Positions 8,399 to 18,386 of a stretch of DNA of 64,000 nt are shown in pieces. The position numbers were made by a program, and so were the translations under genes. The notes under the pieces were generated by a model. That model was given only the letters and a program-made list of their open reading frames with translations, made no database searches and was not told the origin of the DNA. Every line of letters begins with the position of its first letter. Within the stretch, counting starts at the first letter, position 1. The DNA comes from a virus (taxonomy: Duplodnaviria; Caudoviricetes): positions 32,001-96,000 of the IMG/VR virus record IMGVR_UViG_3300020112_000604; one strand, 5' to 3'.

Positions 8399-11300
8399 TT
8401 AAACCGCATCGTTGTTGAGTACAGTTACCTTGATGATTTCAGACTGGCTGAATGGTTTGAACTGTACTTCAAGAGCGCCGTAGAAGATCTTGTTCTTAGC
8501 ATATGCTTCGTCTTCGATGTACTTGAATCTGAGTGTAGCGAAGTACTGAGCGTACTGGTCAATAACGCCGTCCTGAACGTCAGCCTTGTACTGAGCGAGT
8601 GAGTCGCTGTCCATGAAGCCGTATCTTGTGATTGAAGGAAGCTTTTCACGAATCTTCTTCATGATTGTCTGTACTGTCATAACGTTGTTAACGTATGAGA
8701 GTTCAGAATCCTTGTCGTAAGTTGTGAAGAGTGTTTCCATTGTGAGGACACCGTTGAGGTATGAAGCGTAGTTAACCTTGATATCGTTCATTTCCTGCTT
8801 CTCGTTTGTGATGCAAGCTGCATCTGAAGGATATGTGTTATCAAGTTCTTCAGGTGTGAATGTTGTGTTTGGATAGATCTTAGGAATGTAGTTAACTGTT
8901 CCTTCGATAGCTTCAGGGAATTCGATCTGATACATCTTACCAGCGAACGGTCTGTTGAAGCCGTTGATGAAGTGGTTAACCATTCTGAGAGCTGCACCCA
9001 TTGTAGCTGTAACAGTGATCTGTCTACCGTCAAATGGGTTCTTCATGTCGTAGAAGAGGTCTGTTACCCAAACAGCACAGTGCTTCAGGTAGAAGTATCT
9101 TGGATCTGTTTCGAGTTCAGCCTTACCAGCTACTGTACCATCCCATGCCATCATATCCTTAATCTGCTGGAGTCCTGAAACTGTTGTACCCATGTCCATG
9201 AATGCAACACAGTCGTTTCTGTAGCAAGCAAGGTTCTGGATATCGAGCTTAACCTGAGCGTTGTCATAGTTAGCATCGAAGATGCAATCGAATGTGTAGA
9301 GATCAAAGTTGTAGATATCCTTTGAGAATACACCTGTAAGAGCTTCGTGCATTGCTGTGTAGAACTTACCCGGATTTTCGTTCATCGATGTGATTGCACC
9401 GTATGAACCGTTCTCGAGTAATGCTGGTGTATGGTAATCGTAGTCGTATGCAAGAGCAGCGTAACCTGTTGGGTTGCTTGAAGTTCTTGGAGAAGCAATA
9501 ATGTACTCCTGTCCTGTAACTGGTGATGTGTAAGCAACCTTGTTCATAGCCTTACCAGAAAGCTGCTTCTTGTTCATGATGTCGTATTCTGAGAATACTG
9601 TTGAAGGAACACCATATTCAGCGAGCTTGTCGATGAGAGCATCCCAAGCATCGTAGTATGAAGATGCATCGATAAGGTTAGAGTTACCTGAAACAACAGT
9701 CTGAACGTCTGTCTTCTTAAGGTTTGTGTTAACGCCGTTAGCATCGATTGAGATTGTCCAGTTTTCGATAGTTGCTGATGTAGCACCGTCGATAACGTTG
9801 AGTGTGTAGATCATCTTGCCGTTTGACTTAGCAAGTGAGTAGTTTGGTTCGATTGAGAAGTACTTGTCTGAAATACCACGACCTGAATCGAAGATTGTGA
9901 AGAGCGGGAAGAGAATACCATCGCTTACCTGAGCACTTGGGTCGTTGTAGAGTCTGTACTTTCTGCTGTCAGAATAGTCCGGATTGTAGATAATAAGTTC
10001 TTCGTCGAACATATCAGGATCAATAACCTGACCCTTGATATCCTTCTGAGCATAACCGTAGAGATATTCCTTATCGTCGTTAACACCCTGATAGAATACA
10101 TCAGTATTTGTGAATGAAACAACGATTGGACGGAGAACAAGGCCTCTTTCTGTTACAGAAATACGTACAACCTTGTCATATTCCTTAACCTTGATACCTG
10201 TTACATCCTTGATATCAATTTCTGTTGTTGGGTCGATTGTATGGATAGCTTCAACGATTGTCTGGCCGCCTTCGTGTTCGTCATCAAGAACGTAGTGAAC
10301 GCCCTTCTTTGTAACGAAATCGCCAACAGCGAAAGGAATTGAAACTGCAGAGTCGTCGATAGCAACGTCAGAAGAAATTGTAGCAACTTCTGTTTCTGAA
10401 AGACCGTCTCTTGCCTTGATAGCTGAAACAACGTTCCAAGACTTGATTGTGTCGAGGAATACGTTAGCGCCGTCTTCTTCATTCTTGTAGTTTTCAACAG
10501 AAAGGCTGTCCTGCGAAATGAATCCAGCTTCGAGAGCCTTTGTCTGACCGATGTATGTTTCAACTTCCTTAACGTAATTGCCTGCCTTGATACCTTCTGT
10601 AGGATCAGTAGCAATCTTACCAGCTGCTGTGAAGTATGCCTTACCCTGGTAGTAAAGAAGTGTTTCTTCTGTTACAAGAGTATAGCCGTCAGCTGCAGAT
10701 GTCTTAACGTCGAGACATGGATATACGTAAACAATATCACCAGGGAATGCTACGTAGAATGGATCACCTGTTTCTGGAGTGATCTGTTCACCTGGAACGA
10801 GACTTGCTTCAACAGCTTCGCCGAGACCTGAATCGTTTGAAAGGATAAAGGTTGGGCCTGAAGGAGCTGTCTTTTCTTCAGCGATAATGAGAATTCTTCC
10901 TGGTGTTGAGTTGTCACATTCAACGTAGAGCTGAGATGTCTTAACTCTCTTACCGAGTGGTGAAGCTGGAAGAACTGTAAGATTTGTATCAATCTTAGCA
11001 AGGTCAACTTCGTTTGCAGCAACAATGTGTGTTGTTGAACGAACTGTGAGAGCTCCTGTGTCTCCTTCAGCTGCTAACTGATAACCAATCTTAGCGTACT
11101 GAATTGTTGACATAGCGAGCATAAGTGTCTTGTTGGCGAGCTTAGCATCGTCAGCAACAATTCTTTTTGAGAACATTTTTGCACCAGCGTTAACACTGAG
11201 GGCAGCCTGGAGAAGTGGCTGGCCGTGCTTGTTGAAGTTTGGTGTGTTATTTGACAGATAAGCCTTAGCCCATGCATCTCCTTCGAGAATTGTGAACTTT

Positions 11301-11422
11301 TCAGGACCTCTGTCAGATGTAAACATTGACATGTACATTGGCTTATTTACTGCACTTGTGTTTGCAATAATCGGCTTGATTACAGAATCGTCACGCAGTA
11401 TAAATTTAGTACCTGGATACAT
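8399..11422 (-). CDS. Contractile tail sheath protein, 1007 aa
   Basis: N-terminal HGQPLLQA...GAKMFSKRIV and C-terminal FDANY...RNDCVAFMD / SELSYVNNV / LEVQFKPF sheath-type blocks. Confidence 0.85.
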   Translation of the reverse strand: MYPGTKFILRDDSVIKPIIANTSAVNKPMYMSMFTSDRGPEKFTILEGDAWAKAYLSNNTPNFNKHGQPLLQAALSVNAGAKMFSKRIVADDAKLANKTLMLAMSTIQYAKIGYQLAAEGDTGALTVRSTTHIVAANEVDLAKIDTNLTVLPASPLGKRVKTSQLYVECDNSTPGRILIIAEEKTAPSGPTFILSNDSGLGEAVEASLVPGEQITPETGDPFYVAFPGDIVYVYPCLDVKTSAADGYTLVTEETLLYYQGKAYFTAAGKIATDPTEGIKAGNYVKEVETYIGQTKALEAGFISQDSLSVENYKNEEDGANVFLDTIKSWNVVSAIKARDGLSETEVATISSDVAIDDSAVSIPFAVGDFVTKKGVHYVLDDEHEGGQTIVEAIHTIDPTTEIDIKDVTGIKVKEYDKVVRISVTERGLVLRPIVVSFTNTDVFYQGVNDDKEYLYGYAQKDIKGQVIDPDMFDEELIIYNPDYSDSRKYRLYNDPSAQVSDGILFPLFTIFDSGRGISDKYFSIEPNYSLAKSNGKMIYTLNVIDGATSATIENWTISIDANGVNTNLKKTDVQTVVSGNSNLIDASSYYDAWDALIDKLAEYGVPSTVFSEYDIMNKKQLSGKAMNKVAYTSPVTGQEYIIASPRTSSNPTGYAALAYDYDYHTPALLENGSYGAITSMNENPGKFYTAMHEALTGVFSKDIYNFDLYTFDCIFDANYDNAQVKLDIQNLACYRNDCVAFMDMGTTVSGLQQIKDMMAWDGTVAGKAELETDPRYFYLKHCAVWVTDLFYDMKNPFDGRQITVTATMGAALRMVNHFINGFNRPFAGKMYQIEFPEAIEGTVNYIPKIYPNTTFTPEELDNTYPSDAACITNEKQEMNDIKVNYASYLNGVLTMETLFTTYDKDSELSYVNNVMTVQTIMKKIREKLPSITRYGFMDSDSLAQYKADVQDGVIDQYAQYFATLRFKYIEDEAYAKNKIFYGALEVQFKPFSQSEIIKVTVLNNDAV

Positions 11423-11497
11423 AGTATCTTCCTCCTTTAATTATAGTCTTAAAAAATATATTTTTTAAAAATATAACCAGAAACCAACATTACTGGT

Positions 11498-11509
11498 TAT
11501 CTTGATGTT
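11498..11509 (-). promoter_or_regulatory. Late-type promoter AACA-TCAAGA-TA (sheath/tube)
   Basis: Motif match in the intergenic region; followed by a 5' UTR hairpin ATAACCAG/CTGGTTAT. Confidence 0.7.
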
Positions 11510-11534
11510 GCTTTATTGGGGCTATCAAGATAAT

Positions 11535-12275
11535 TTAATCCATGAAGAGCTTCTCCAATGGTGATATCTCTGATGTGTCATTTTTCTCAGAAAGTGTTAC
11601 CATTGCCATACATGCTTCATCCCAGTTTTCGGCTGTGATAGCTGTCTGAGGTGATGTATATCTAGGTAATTTCTGAATTGGTACTACTCGGTAGTTAAAC
11701 TTATTTGAGATATCTCCCGATGATCTAAACGGCATAGTTCTGTCTTCTGGTGTTCTGGTAATACCGGCTATCGTTACGCCAATCAACTGCATTGTATTTG
11801 CGTATGATGCGTCATTAAGTTCCATTGAATCCATGAATACATCCTGGAGTTTATCATATGGAAATGTCTGAGTAATTGTCATATTGCCGCCAAGAAACAT
11901 ACGATACACTTCTTCGATATGGTCAGCTTCCATAGGCACCTTTGTGGATGCTATGAGTTCTGAACCCTTCTTGTACTTGAGAAGCCTATAGTCTAATACA
12001 GGTGAATTCTTGGTGAGCTGAACTCCTTTAACCTTTTCCTGAGCGTATGGAACTGTAAGGAAAGCAGATGGAAAGTAGAATCTCTTTAACTTTCCGTATT
12101 TACCATTGGCATCTGCAATGGTATAGTCTAAAAGACCGTACAGTGATATATTATCACCGATTGTTTGTGCGATATTGATGTCAAACCATTTCTCTGGTAC
12201 GAAGAATATGAATTCTCCTTCACCAGTATAGGTGACAACATCGCCTTCTTTCTTGATAAATTTCGGCATGCTCAT
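11535..12275 (-). CDS. Probable phage multisubunit RNA polymerase beta-prime C-terminal subunit, 246 aa
   Basis: C-terminal block FR...YRVVPIQKLPRYTSPQTAITAENWDEA...SPLEKLF resembles the last conserved region of beta-prime in split jumbo-phage RNAPs (recognised by eye). Start at ATG 12275, RBS AAGGAGGG. Confidence 0.5.
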   Translation of the reverse strand: MSMPKFIKKEGDVVTYTGEGEFIFFVPEKWFDINIAQTIGDNISLYGLLDYTIADANGKYGKLKRFYFPSAFLTVPYAQEKVKGVQLTKNSPVLDYRLLKYKKGSELIASTKVPMEADHIEEVYRMFLGGNMTITQTFPYDKLQDVFMDSMELNDASYANTMQLIGVTIAGITRTPEDRTMPFRSSGDISNKFNYRVVPIQKLPRYTSPQTAITAENWDEACMAMVTLSEKNDTSEISPLEKLFMD

Positions 12276-12291
12276 TCGTATCACCCTCCTT

Positions 12292-12303
12292 TAATATAAA
12301 GTT
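12292..12303 (-). promoter_or_regulatory. Late-type promoter variant AACT-TTATAT-TA
   Basis: Sits between the upstream terminator and the RBS of the RNAP-like gene. Confidence 0.55.
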
Positions 12304-12306
12304 TTC

Positions 12307-12346
12307 AAAAAAAAAATAAAGGTGGGGAAGGCAGCTAGCCTTCCCC
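12307..12346 (-). terminator. Intrinsic terminator
   Basis: GGGGAAGGC/GCCTTCCCC stem followed by a long T tract on the minus strand. Confidence 0.9.
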
Positions 12347-12355
12347 GAGCTTTAC

Positions 12356-12616
12356 TTACTTGATTTTGAATACCTGCTTAACAACACATCTCAGCATCAT
12401 AATGAGTATAAAGACAGCCACTATAAGCACTGATGTAAAGTCAAACTTTATCAGCTTAGTAAGGAGCGGCCATTTCTCAATTATAAATCCGGATGTGTAT
12501 TCTGCAATCAGTACAGATGCGAGGGCATACAGTACAAAGCGTATTACTTTCTTTGTCAGTTTACCGATAAGTAATGCAAGCAGGATTACTCCTACTATAA
12601 TGAGGCATGTATTCAT
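12356..12616 (-). CDS. Small membrane protein (86 aa, about 3 TM segments)
   Basis: Start moved to ATG 12616 (RBS TAAGGAG); three hydrophobic stretches and a basic C-terminus. Confidence 0.75.
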   Translation of the reverse strand: MNTCLIIVGVILLALLIGKLTKKVIRFVLYALASVLIAEYTSGFIIEKWPLLTKLIKFDFTSVLIVAVFILIMMLRCVVKQVFKIK

Positions 12617-12617
12617 A

Positions 12618-14012
12618 TTACCACTCCTTAGTATTTTTTGTGATGTCCGGTGCCGGAAGTGTATTGGCCAGTGTGTCAAGGTTCTCAAAGTGATTCTCGA
12701 TAGAACGTTCACCAAGAATCATTCCGAGTGCAATCTTAGACATTAAATTGACATATCTTGCCATAGTTATGTCAGCAAGGTCTTTGCCAAATCTGGTTTT
12801 AAACTTGGACGCATCATGATAGTGATGCATCGTGTTAGTAAGATAACCGAGCTGTGGAGCTAACTCGAAGTATACTGAACGGCTCTTGTCCTTTCCGGTA
12901 TAAAGTCTTCTGTAGTTCTCCATGTGATATCTGATATCCATTGCAGACATGATTCTCATGTCCATGTCTTCAACGTTTCCTATCTTTCCGAAATCGACAT
13001 ATTCTGGTCCGAAAGCAATTAATGACCTTAACGTATTGAAGTTTAAGTCACTGACATACTGAACGTCTACAGTGTTTGCATCAATAGTGTTAATCTGAAT
13101 CATCTTGGTTGAACGTGCTATTACCGAAATGATTCCCTGGTCTTCCACATACTTGTTTGAGATTGACAGCGAATTGTCGTTGTAGAATATTGTGAATTCG
13201 TCTTCAACAATATCGTCGTTAGATAAACTTACAGACATGCCGTAAATGTCATCAATCTTGAATGTCTTGATAAGTGCTCGCTTCTTTGTTTCCAGGTCCT
13301 GGATGAGTGTAACGAATGCGTGTTCAGTTTCATTATAACTGATACGAACAGTCATTCTTGTCTTCCAGTTCTGGTATATCTTGAACATAGAGTCGTCATT
13401 ATCAATACTGTAAGAGATTTTGGTTTCTCTTGCTGGACATGGTTCTTTGTCCGGTTTGTTAGACACGAAGTTGGCACCGATGAAATTTATCAGATCAACC
13501 GTATCTATATTCACAGTGCTTATGTGTGTAGATAAGTCTCCGTTGGATAACTTAATCTGGGTGTTCATAATAATGTCATTAAGTTCATTTCTGTAACCCT
13601 CGATGCTGATATTAGTAGCCGACGGAAGATTCGGATATAAGCATGCTGCGTATGTCCTGAGTTTCTTGTCGATGTTTGCCTGTATTGAACCTGGGGATAC
13701 CTTGAAATCAATAGATTCCGCTGGTTCGCTATTTATCTGAACCGTAGCTTCATTATTATACTCGGTCGGATAATTCAAGAATATTGTGTTAGATGTATTC
13801 GACGAAACTTCGTTAACACAACGTACCGCAGAAGCAGTGTGCTTTTTCTTGTCCCGTACTCTAACACTTGTTATATTTTTACCGAATGCATTACAGTTGA
13901 CATTGCAAACTGTTTTATCATCGCATTCAGTGATTGTTGAAACAAGATTGTCTGCCTGGTATTCTGTAACGGTAAATCCGTTAGATGAAAATGTTTTGTT
14001 TGATAATTTCAT
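12618..14012 (-). CDS. Hypothetical protein, 464 aa
   Basis: Long ORF with RBS AGGAGG; no recognised motif. Confidence 0.8.
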   Translation of the reverse strand: MKLSNKTFSSNGFTVTEYQADNLVSTITECDDKTVCNVNCNAFGKNITSVRVRDKKKHTASAVRCVNEVSSNTSNTIFLNYPTEYNNEATVQINSEPAESIDFKVSPGSIQANIDKKLRTYAACLYPNLPSATNISIEGYRNELNDIIMNTQIKLSNGDLSTHISTVNIDTVDLINFIGANFVSNKPDKEPCPARETKISYSIDNDDSMFKIYQNWKTRMTVRISYNETEHAFVTLIQDLETKKRALIKTFKIDDIYGMSVSLSNDDIVEDEFTIFYNDNSLSISNKYVEDQGIISVIARSTKMIQINTIDANTVDVQYVSDLNFNTLRSLIAFGPEYVDFGKIGNVEDMDMRIMSAMDIRYHMENYRRLYTGKDKSRSVYFELAPQLGYLTNTMHHYHDASKFKTRFGKDLADITMARYVNLMSKIALGMILGERSIENHFENLDTLANTLPAPDITKNTKEW

Positions 14013-14042
14013 ACAATTTTTCCTCCTATATTTGTTTTGTGT

Positions 14043-14306
14043 TTATGTGGCTGATACGATATCTACAATCGCAACCATGCCGATATTCATGAGTGTGTAG
14101 AATCTTCTGAAGCCTGCATCAATGCAAAGCTTTCGACCGAATTTCTTTTCGAACGGACGGATGTTTGTAATCTTATATTCTCCCGACAGAATCTTTTCTG
14201 TGATTACGTCGGCATTAAGATGAAACTCCGCTGGAGCCTGGACAATTTTAAAGCCTTCAAATGTGCCACTTGCTACTATAACACTGTCTACAATGTGCTC
14301 TCCCAT
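14043..14306 (-). CDS. Hypothetical protein, 87 aa
   Basis: RBS AGAGGA; operonic spacing. Confidence 0.7.
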   Translation of the reverse strand: MGEHIVDSVIVASGTFEGFKIVQAPAEFHLNADVITEKILSGEYKITNIRPFEKKFGRKLCIDAGFRRFYTLMNIGMVAIVDIVSAT

Positions 14307-14318
14307 AATGAATTCCTC

Positions 14319-14813
14319 CTATTCATTAAAGCTGTATTCGAAAAATGTAACATACGCATTGTCATGCGTAAATATTGAATGGTTGAAGATATTGTGTAAT
14401 GACGCATCGAAACACAATCTCTTCTCAGGTTTGATTACGTAGTCAAGACCCTCTGCTGGCAGTGGGTTTTGTCTCCACGTTATTTTAGGTTCATCGTCGT
14501 GCATGTCATAAATCATAATATCGATTTTGCTGACATCAACAGTGTCGATGTTTCGGATATCGAATGATACCCAATTGAATTCCTTTTCGGTGATAGAACA
14601 CCACACATCTGGAAGTGTCATGAACTCTTCATCGAAATTTTCCGTTAGATACACATTACGTGTACTAATTTGCGTTATACCTGCACAAGGAGATACAAAA
14701 TCTGTGGCAAGTATATCTTTAATGATTGGGTCTGGGTCCGGATAATTGTATACCGGATGGTCTGTTACTAGGATGCCTAAGTGACTTCCTTCAAGTTTAC
14801 CTACGCGAATCAT
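14319..14813 (-). CDS. Hypothetical protein, 164 aa
   Basis: RBS AAAGGAGG; its C-terminal KPEKRLCFDA resembles RPFEKKFGRKLCIDA of the next ORF (possible distant paralogs). Confidence 0.8.
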   Translation of the reverse strand: MIRVGKLEGSHLGILVTDHPVYNYPDPDPIIKDILATDFVSPCAGITQISTRNVYLTENFDEEFMTLPDVWCSITEKEFNWVSFDIRNIDTVDVSKIDIMIYDMHDDEPKITWRQNPLPAEGLDYVIKPEKRLCFDASLHNIFNHSIFTHDNAYVTFFEYSFNE

Positions 14814-14837
14814 ATTTGATTCCTCCTTTCTATCCTA

Positions 14838-14847
14838 ATAATATATA
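14838..14847 (-). promoter_or_regulatory. Putative early-type promoter TATATATTAT
   Basis: Same 10-mer at 32611-32620 (-); both are upstream of accessory genes. Confidence 0.55.
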
Positions 14848-14860
14848 ATTGAGAATATGA

Positions 14861-15151
14861 TTACTTATACGGTTTTGGGAGACGCATGTAAGCGGTTACT
14901 TCATCTGTACATTCACATTGCGAATCGTTGACCCAACATACTTCTTCACCGTCATCATCCAGAATCTTGTATGTGGAAAACATACGTATCATATCGGGAT
15001 TAGTCCACGTCTTAGTTATGTGATTCCAATACAACGTACGAAGATTTTTATGGTTTGGCGCTGTTTTGATTGTGCATAGATACCATCCGTCGGTAATTGG
15101 AGTATAGTCTGGAAATGCGTGCCAGTGTAATGGATGTAATGTACGGTTCAT
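14861..15151 (-). CDS. DUF551-like phage protein, 96 aa
   Basis: WH...P...GWYLCT...W...EVTAYMRLPKPY pattern. Confidence 0.65.
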   Translation of the reverse strand: MNRTLHPLHWHAFPDYTPITDGWYLCTIKTAPNHKNLRTLYWNHITKTWTNPDMIRMFSTYKILDDDGEEVCWVNDSQCECTDEVTAYMRLPKPYK

Positions 15152-15171
15152 AAAGCATGTCTCCTTTCGTC

Positions 15172-15203
15172 AAATAAATGGAGGAACCCAATTAGGGTTC
15201 CTC
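15172..15203 (-). terminator. Intrinsic terminator
   Basis: GAGGAACCC/GGGTTCCTC stem followed by CATTTATTT on the minus strand. Confidence 0.75.
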
Positions 15204-15211
15204 TATTCTTA

Positions 15212-15583
15212 TTAAGGGTTGACGTTGATAACGTATTCAGTGATGTCTCTGATGTTAGTAACGTCGAGAAGCTTGATTCTTCCGTTGTTACATCTTGAGT
15301 AATCAAATATAAGAGATTCGATAAGATTTGGACAACCGGAAGTTGTAAGGTCTACCATATTTGAGCTAAGTACATCTGCTCTGATGATAGCCTGTTTGAA
15401 TACACCTGTCATCTGGCTAACTTCTCCAGTTTCCTGATCGTAGTACACAACGTTGTACTTCTTTTCAGGCTGAAGATTGATTGTCTTCGTAGTTGTGCCA
15501 GTAGGTGCCGTTGGGTCATAGTTGCTGATCTGAACAGCAGGAATAATCCAAGCATAGCACGATGTGCCGAGAAAAGTAGTCAT
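15212..15583 (-). CDS. Hypothetical protein, 123 aa
   Basis: Start moved to ATG 15583 (RBS AAGGAGGT). Confidence 0.75.
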   Translation of the reverse strand: MTTFLGTSCYAWIIPAVQISNYDPTAPTGTTTKTINLQPEKKYNVVYYDQETGEVSQMTGVFKQAIIRADVLSSNMVDLTTSGCPNLIESLIFDYSRCNNGRIKLLDVTNIRDITEYVINVNP

Positions 15584-15588
15584 TGTAA

Positions 15589-16620
15589 TTACCTCCTTTT
15601 CTTGTTGCCTTTGCCCTTTCTGCATTCCTTTTCGATCTTCAGTGTTGTAACCAGATTGCTGATAAGCTTAACAGATTCGTTCATCTGAGCTGTTACATCA
15701 CCGAGAAGTGTTGACTTGTGTAAAAGGAAGAGTACTTCAGTCATGTAGTAAACATACCACTTGTCGTAAACGTTGTTAACGTCTCTTGAGTAGATAGTGT
15801 TTTCTGCAACGAGTATACAGATAGTCTTAGCAACTTCTTCACTTACATGAGCGTTGCTGACAAGTCCCCAGTATACGCCCTCAAGTGTTCTTACTTTAAC
15901 GTTGCTTTCTGTGCAACAGAACTTGCTGTCGAATTTCATAGCATACATGTCGAAGTCTCCGATAGACTTGAATGCTCTGTTAAGCTTTGATGGACGTTCT
16001 TCGATTTCTTTGAGAATTGGTGCCATAGTGATAGCATTTGTGAATGCTTCATATGTCTTCTCAACCTTTACCGCTGATTCCTCATCGTTTTTCTCACGAA
16101 GAGCATCACGTGTTTCGTACAGCTTGTTTACTCTGTCGAGAACGCTGTCAAGTCTTGCATCGTTTTCGATATTGACTTCAGTTGTTCTTGACTTCATGTC
16201 GTTCATGACGTCATTGAATTCATTGAGATATCCGTCGAGTTCAGCGCTCTGGAATAATTCATTAATGAATGCTGATGCCATGAAGTCAAGTTCGTGCGCA
16301 GCAGGATCGTTTCCGAATGCCGGTACAAATTCTGTTCTGATGATCTTCTGGAGTGGTGTAGGTAACTGAGCAAATGTGTTTGTCAGTTTGTCTCCGGTAT
16401 CGATACGTTCTTTGAGTTCCATCAGTTCTTTGATAGCAGTAACTGAGAGTTCAATTCCGTACTTAGTCTTGAATTCATCAAGAAGATTGCTGATAGATGG
16501 ACCTGCATCTTCTGTAGGTTCCGGTGTTGCGATAAATTCTTCGGCATCGGTAGATGCTTCAACTGTTTCCGGGTTAATAGCCTCAACATTGAGTTCAGGC
16601 TGTAATACTGTTTCGTTCAT
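15589..16620 (-). CDS. Hypothetical acidic helical protein, 343 aa
   Basis: Start moved to ATG 16620 (RBS GGAGG). Confidence 0.8.
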   Translation of the reverse strand: MNETVLQPELNVEAINPETVEASTDAEEFIATPEPTEDAGPSISNLLDEFKTKYGIELSVTAIKELMELKERIDTGDKLTNTFAQLPTPLQKIIRTEFVPAFGNDPAAHELDFMASAFINELFQSAELDGYLNEFNDVMNDMKSRTTEVNIENDARLDSVLDRVNKLYETRDALREKNDEESAVKVEKTYEAFTNAITMAPILKEIEERPSKLNRAFKSIGDFDMYAMKFDSKFCCTESNVKVRTLEGVYWGLVSNAHVSEEVAKTICILVAENTIYSRDVNNVYDKWYVYYMTEVLFLLHKSTLLGDVTAQMNESVKLISNLVTTLKIEKECRKGKGNKKRR

Positions 16621-16635
16621 ATTCTGTTCCTCCAA

Positions 16636-17421
16636 TTATTTATTAAGATAGTCGTCAATGGCGAACTTTCTTTTCTGTGTTTCAGCTCCTATAATGCTTT
16701 TCAGTTCTGATACCAGTGAAGCAGCATAGTAGCAGTTTTCAAATCTTCCACAGATTACCCCCTTATAGAAGACGCCTGTGTCGATAGTATTATCAATGAT
16801 AATCTGTTTGATCTGTGAATCGATTGACAATGCATTAACGAAGTCGGCAAATGTGACGTCAAATGCTGCCATGTATTTGATTACCTTATACATATAAGCA
16901 AGTACAATCGGAGTCTTCTTATCATTAAAGAGACCGATGAATGATGAGTCTACAGACTTGCTGAACTGTGAAAGTTCGCAGCCGTCGTAAAGGTCATCGA
17001 TATTGTTCTTGATATAGTTTGCAAAGAAGTACAGCATATTCTGGTTAATATGGGATACCAGGATGTCATACAGATTGTAAGCAAGAACGTAGTTCTGATC
17101 AGGGTTTTCAGATTTGTTAATCTGAATTCCGAATGCTGCAGAAAGATGATCGAGAATGTAGTAATATGTTTCGATTCTTGCATTGGTAATCTTTGCTGCA
17201 TCTGTTGGATATTCGTTCATCGAAGCGATGAAATCGGATTCGAATGTGCGAACGATATTTGCCGGCTGTCTTGATGCATTGAATGGATGAGACTTGAAAA
17301 TCTCAATTTCTGAATCCATGCAATCAAGAATATAATCTGAAGATAAATGCTTTAAAGCTTCTACCATATTGGCGTCTGAGCGTACAGTGAAGACATCACC
17401 ATACTGTGTCATGTCTGTCAT
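16636..17421 (-). CDS. Hypothetical protein, 261 aa (late unit)
   Basis: RBS AAAGGAGG; downstream of a late-type motif. Confidence 0.8.
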   Translation of the reverse strand: MTDMTQYGDVFTVRSDANMVEALKHLSSDYILDCMDSEIEIFKSHPFNASRQPANIVRTFESDFIASMNEYPTDAAKITNARIETYYYILDHLSAAFGIQINKSENPDQNYVLAYNLYDILVSHINQNMLYFFANYIKNNIDDLYDGCELSQFSKSVDSSFIGLFNDKKTPIVLAYMYKVIKYMAAFDVTFADFVNALSIDSQIKQIIIDNTIDTGVFYKGVICGRFENCYYAASLVSELKSIIGAETQKRKFAIDDYLNK

Positions 17422-17473
17422 AGATGTATTCCTCCTTTAATATTACACACCTATTGTGTGCTACAACATATAT

Positions 17474-17485
17474 TATCTTAAGGTT
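17474..17485 (-). promoter_or_regulatory. Late-type promoter variant AACC-TTAAGA-TA
   Basis: AAC-N7-TA in the divergent intergenic region. Confidence 0.5.
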
Positions 17486-17531
17486 ATGTGTTCTTTCCAA
17501 AATTACAAGTTGGGAAAGTCGAATCTTTCGA

Positions 17532-17550
17532 TTGTATACTATTATAGTGA
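17532..17550 (+). promoter_or_regulatory. Putative early-type promoter TTGTATACTATTATAGTGA
   Basis: 18/19 identical to 1022-1040 (-). Confidence 0.65.
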
Positions 17551-17631
17551 TAGAGAATATAAAAGCATCACTCTATTAATAAATGAAAACGCCTATGATG
17601 CAGGGCAAAGAGTACTAAGGAGGTACTAAAA

Positions 17632-17943
17632 ATGATTGAAATCAAAGACATTGCAAACGTATACGTTTGTAAGTACAATGCGAACTCTCAGTTCGCGGGC
17701 GAAGAAGTTATCATCGTTCAGGATATCAATGGAGGTCTTGGCATTATGGCTTTCACAAGCCACCGTGACTTTGAATCAGGCAAAATTGACACATTCTACA
17801 CATCCAGACCGCTTATGCACAGCATTCGCACTGGAGCTTGCATGCTTACATGCTATCGTAGATACCGTAAGCCATCAGCTGAGGTTCTCGAGAATTTCAT
17901 GATAGCATCAGGAAAAATGTTAAAAAAGTGGGAGGGTAAATAA
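17632..17943 (+). CDS. Hypothetical protein, 103 aa
   Basis: RBS TAAGGAGGT. Confidence 0.8.
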   Translation: MIEIKDIANVYVCKYNANSQFAGEEVIIVQDINGGLGIMAFTSHRDFESGKIDTFYTSRPLMHSIRTGACMLTCYRRYRKPSAEVLENFMIASGKMLKKWEGK

Positions 17944-17944
17944 T

Positions 17945-18370
17945 ATGACATCATCAATAATAATCGCAATAGTAGCTGCCATCGTTGGCAGCTGCACAAT
18001 CATTAAAAATCGCAGAGCCGCAATTGAAATTCCTGACGGCACAACAGTTACAGAGTATACTGGAAAGAGAGTTAGTATATTTGATATGCCAGCAGAAATG
18101 CAGGCAATCGTGGGTCTGTTTGATGAAATTTCCAGAACAGTCTGTGTGAAAGATTATTCGATGTCTATTGATGATAGATATCGTAAGAAGAACCATCTTC
18201 ATACGTACAGCAAAGATGCTTTGTTAATGGAGTCATTTGCGGCATGCAGTTTAAATGATTCTGATGAGATAGAAAAGGAGATACAGATATTCGTCACAAA
18301 GGATGAGTATCTGTGTGCATTCTCTATTAAGGACACAGAAGCAAATAGACGTACAATAAAGAAAATGTAA
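17945..18370 (+). CDS. Hypothetical protein with an N-terminal membrane anchor, 141 aa
   Basis: IIIAIVAAIVG hydrophobic start; RBS GGAGGG. Confidence 0.75.
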   Translation: MTSSIIIAIVAAIVGSCTIIKNRRAAIEIPDGTTVTEYTGKRVSIFDMPAEMQAIVGLFDEISRTVCVKDYSMSIDDRYRKKNHLHTYSKDALLMESFAACSLNDSDEIEKEIQIFVTKDEYLCAFSIKDTEANRRTIKKM

Positions 18371-18386
18371 AAGGAGAGATTTTTAT

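Noticed and set aside
12356-12616. Holin call for the 3-TM protein
   Set aside because: No adjacent endolysin, and it sits in an early-type operon.
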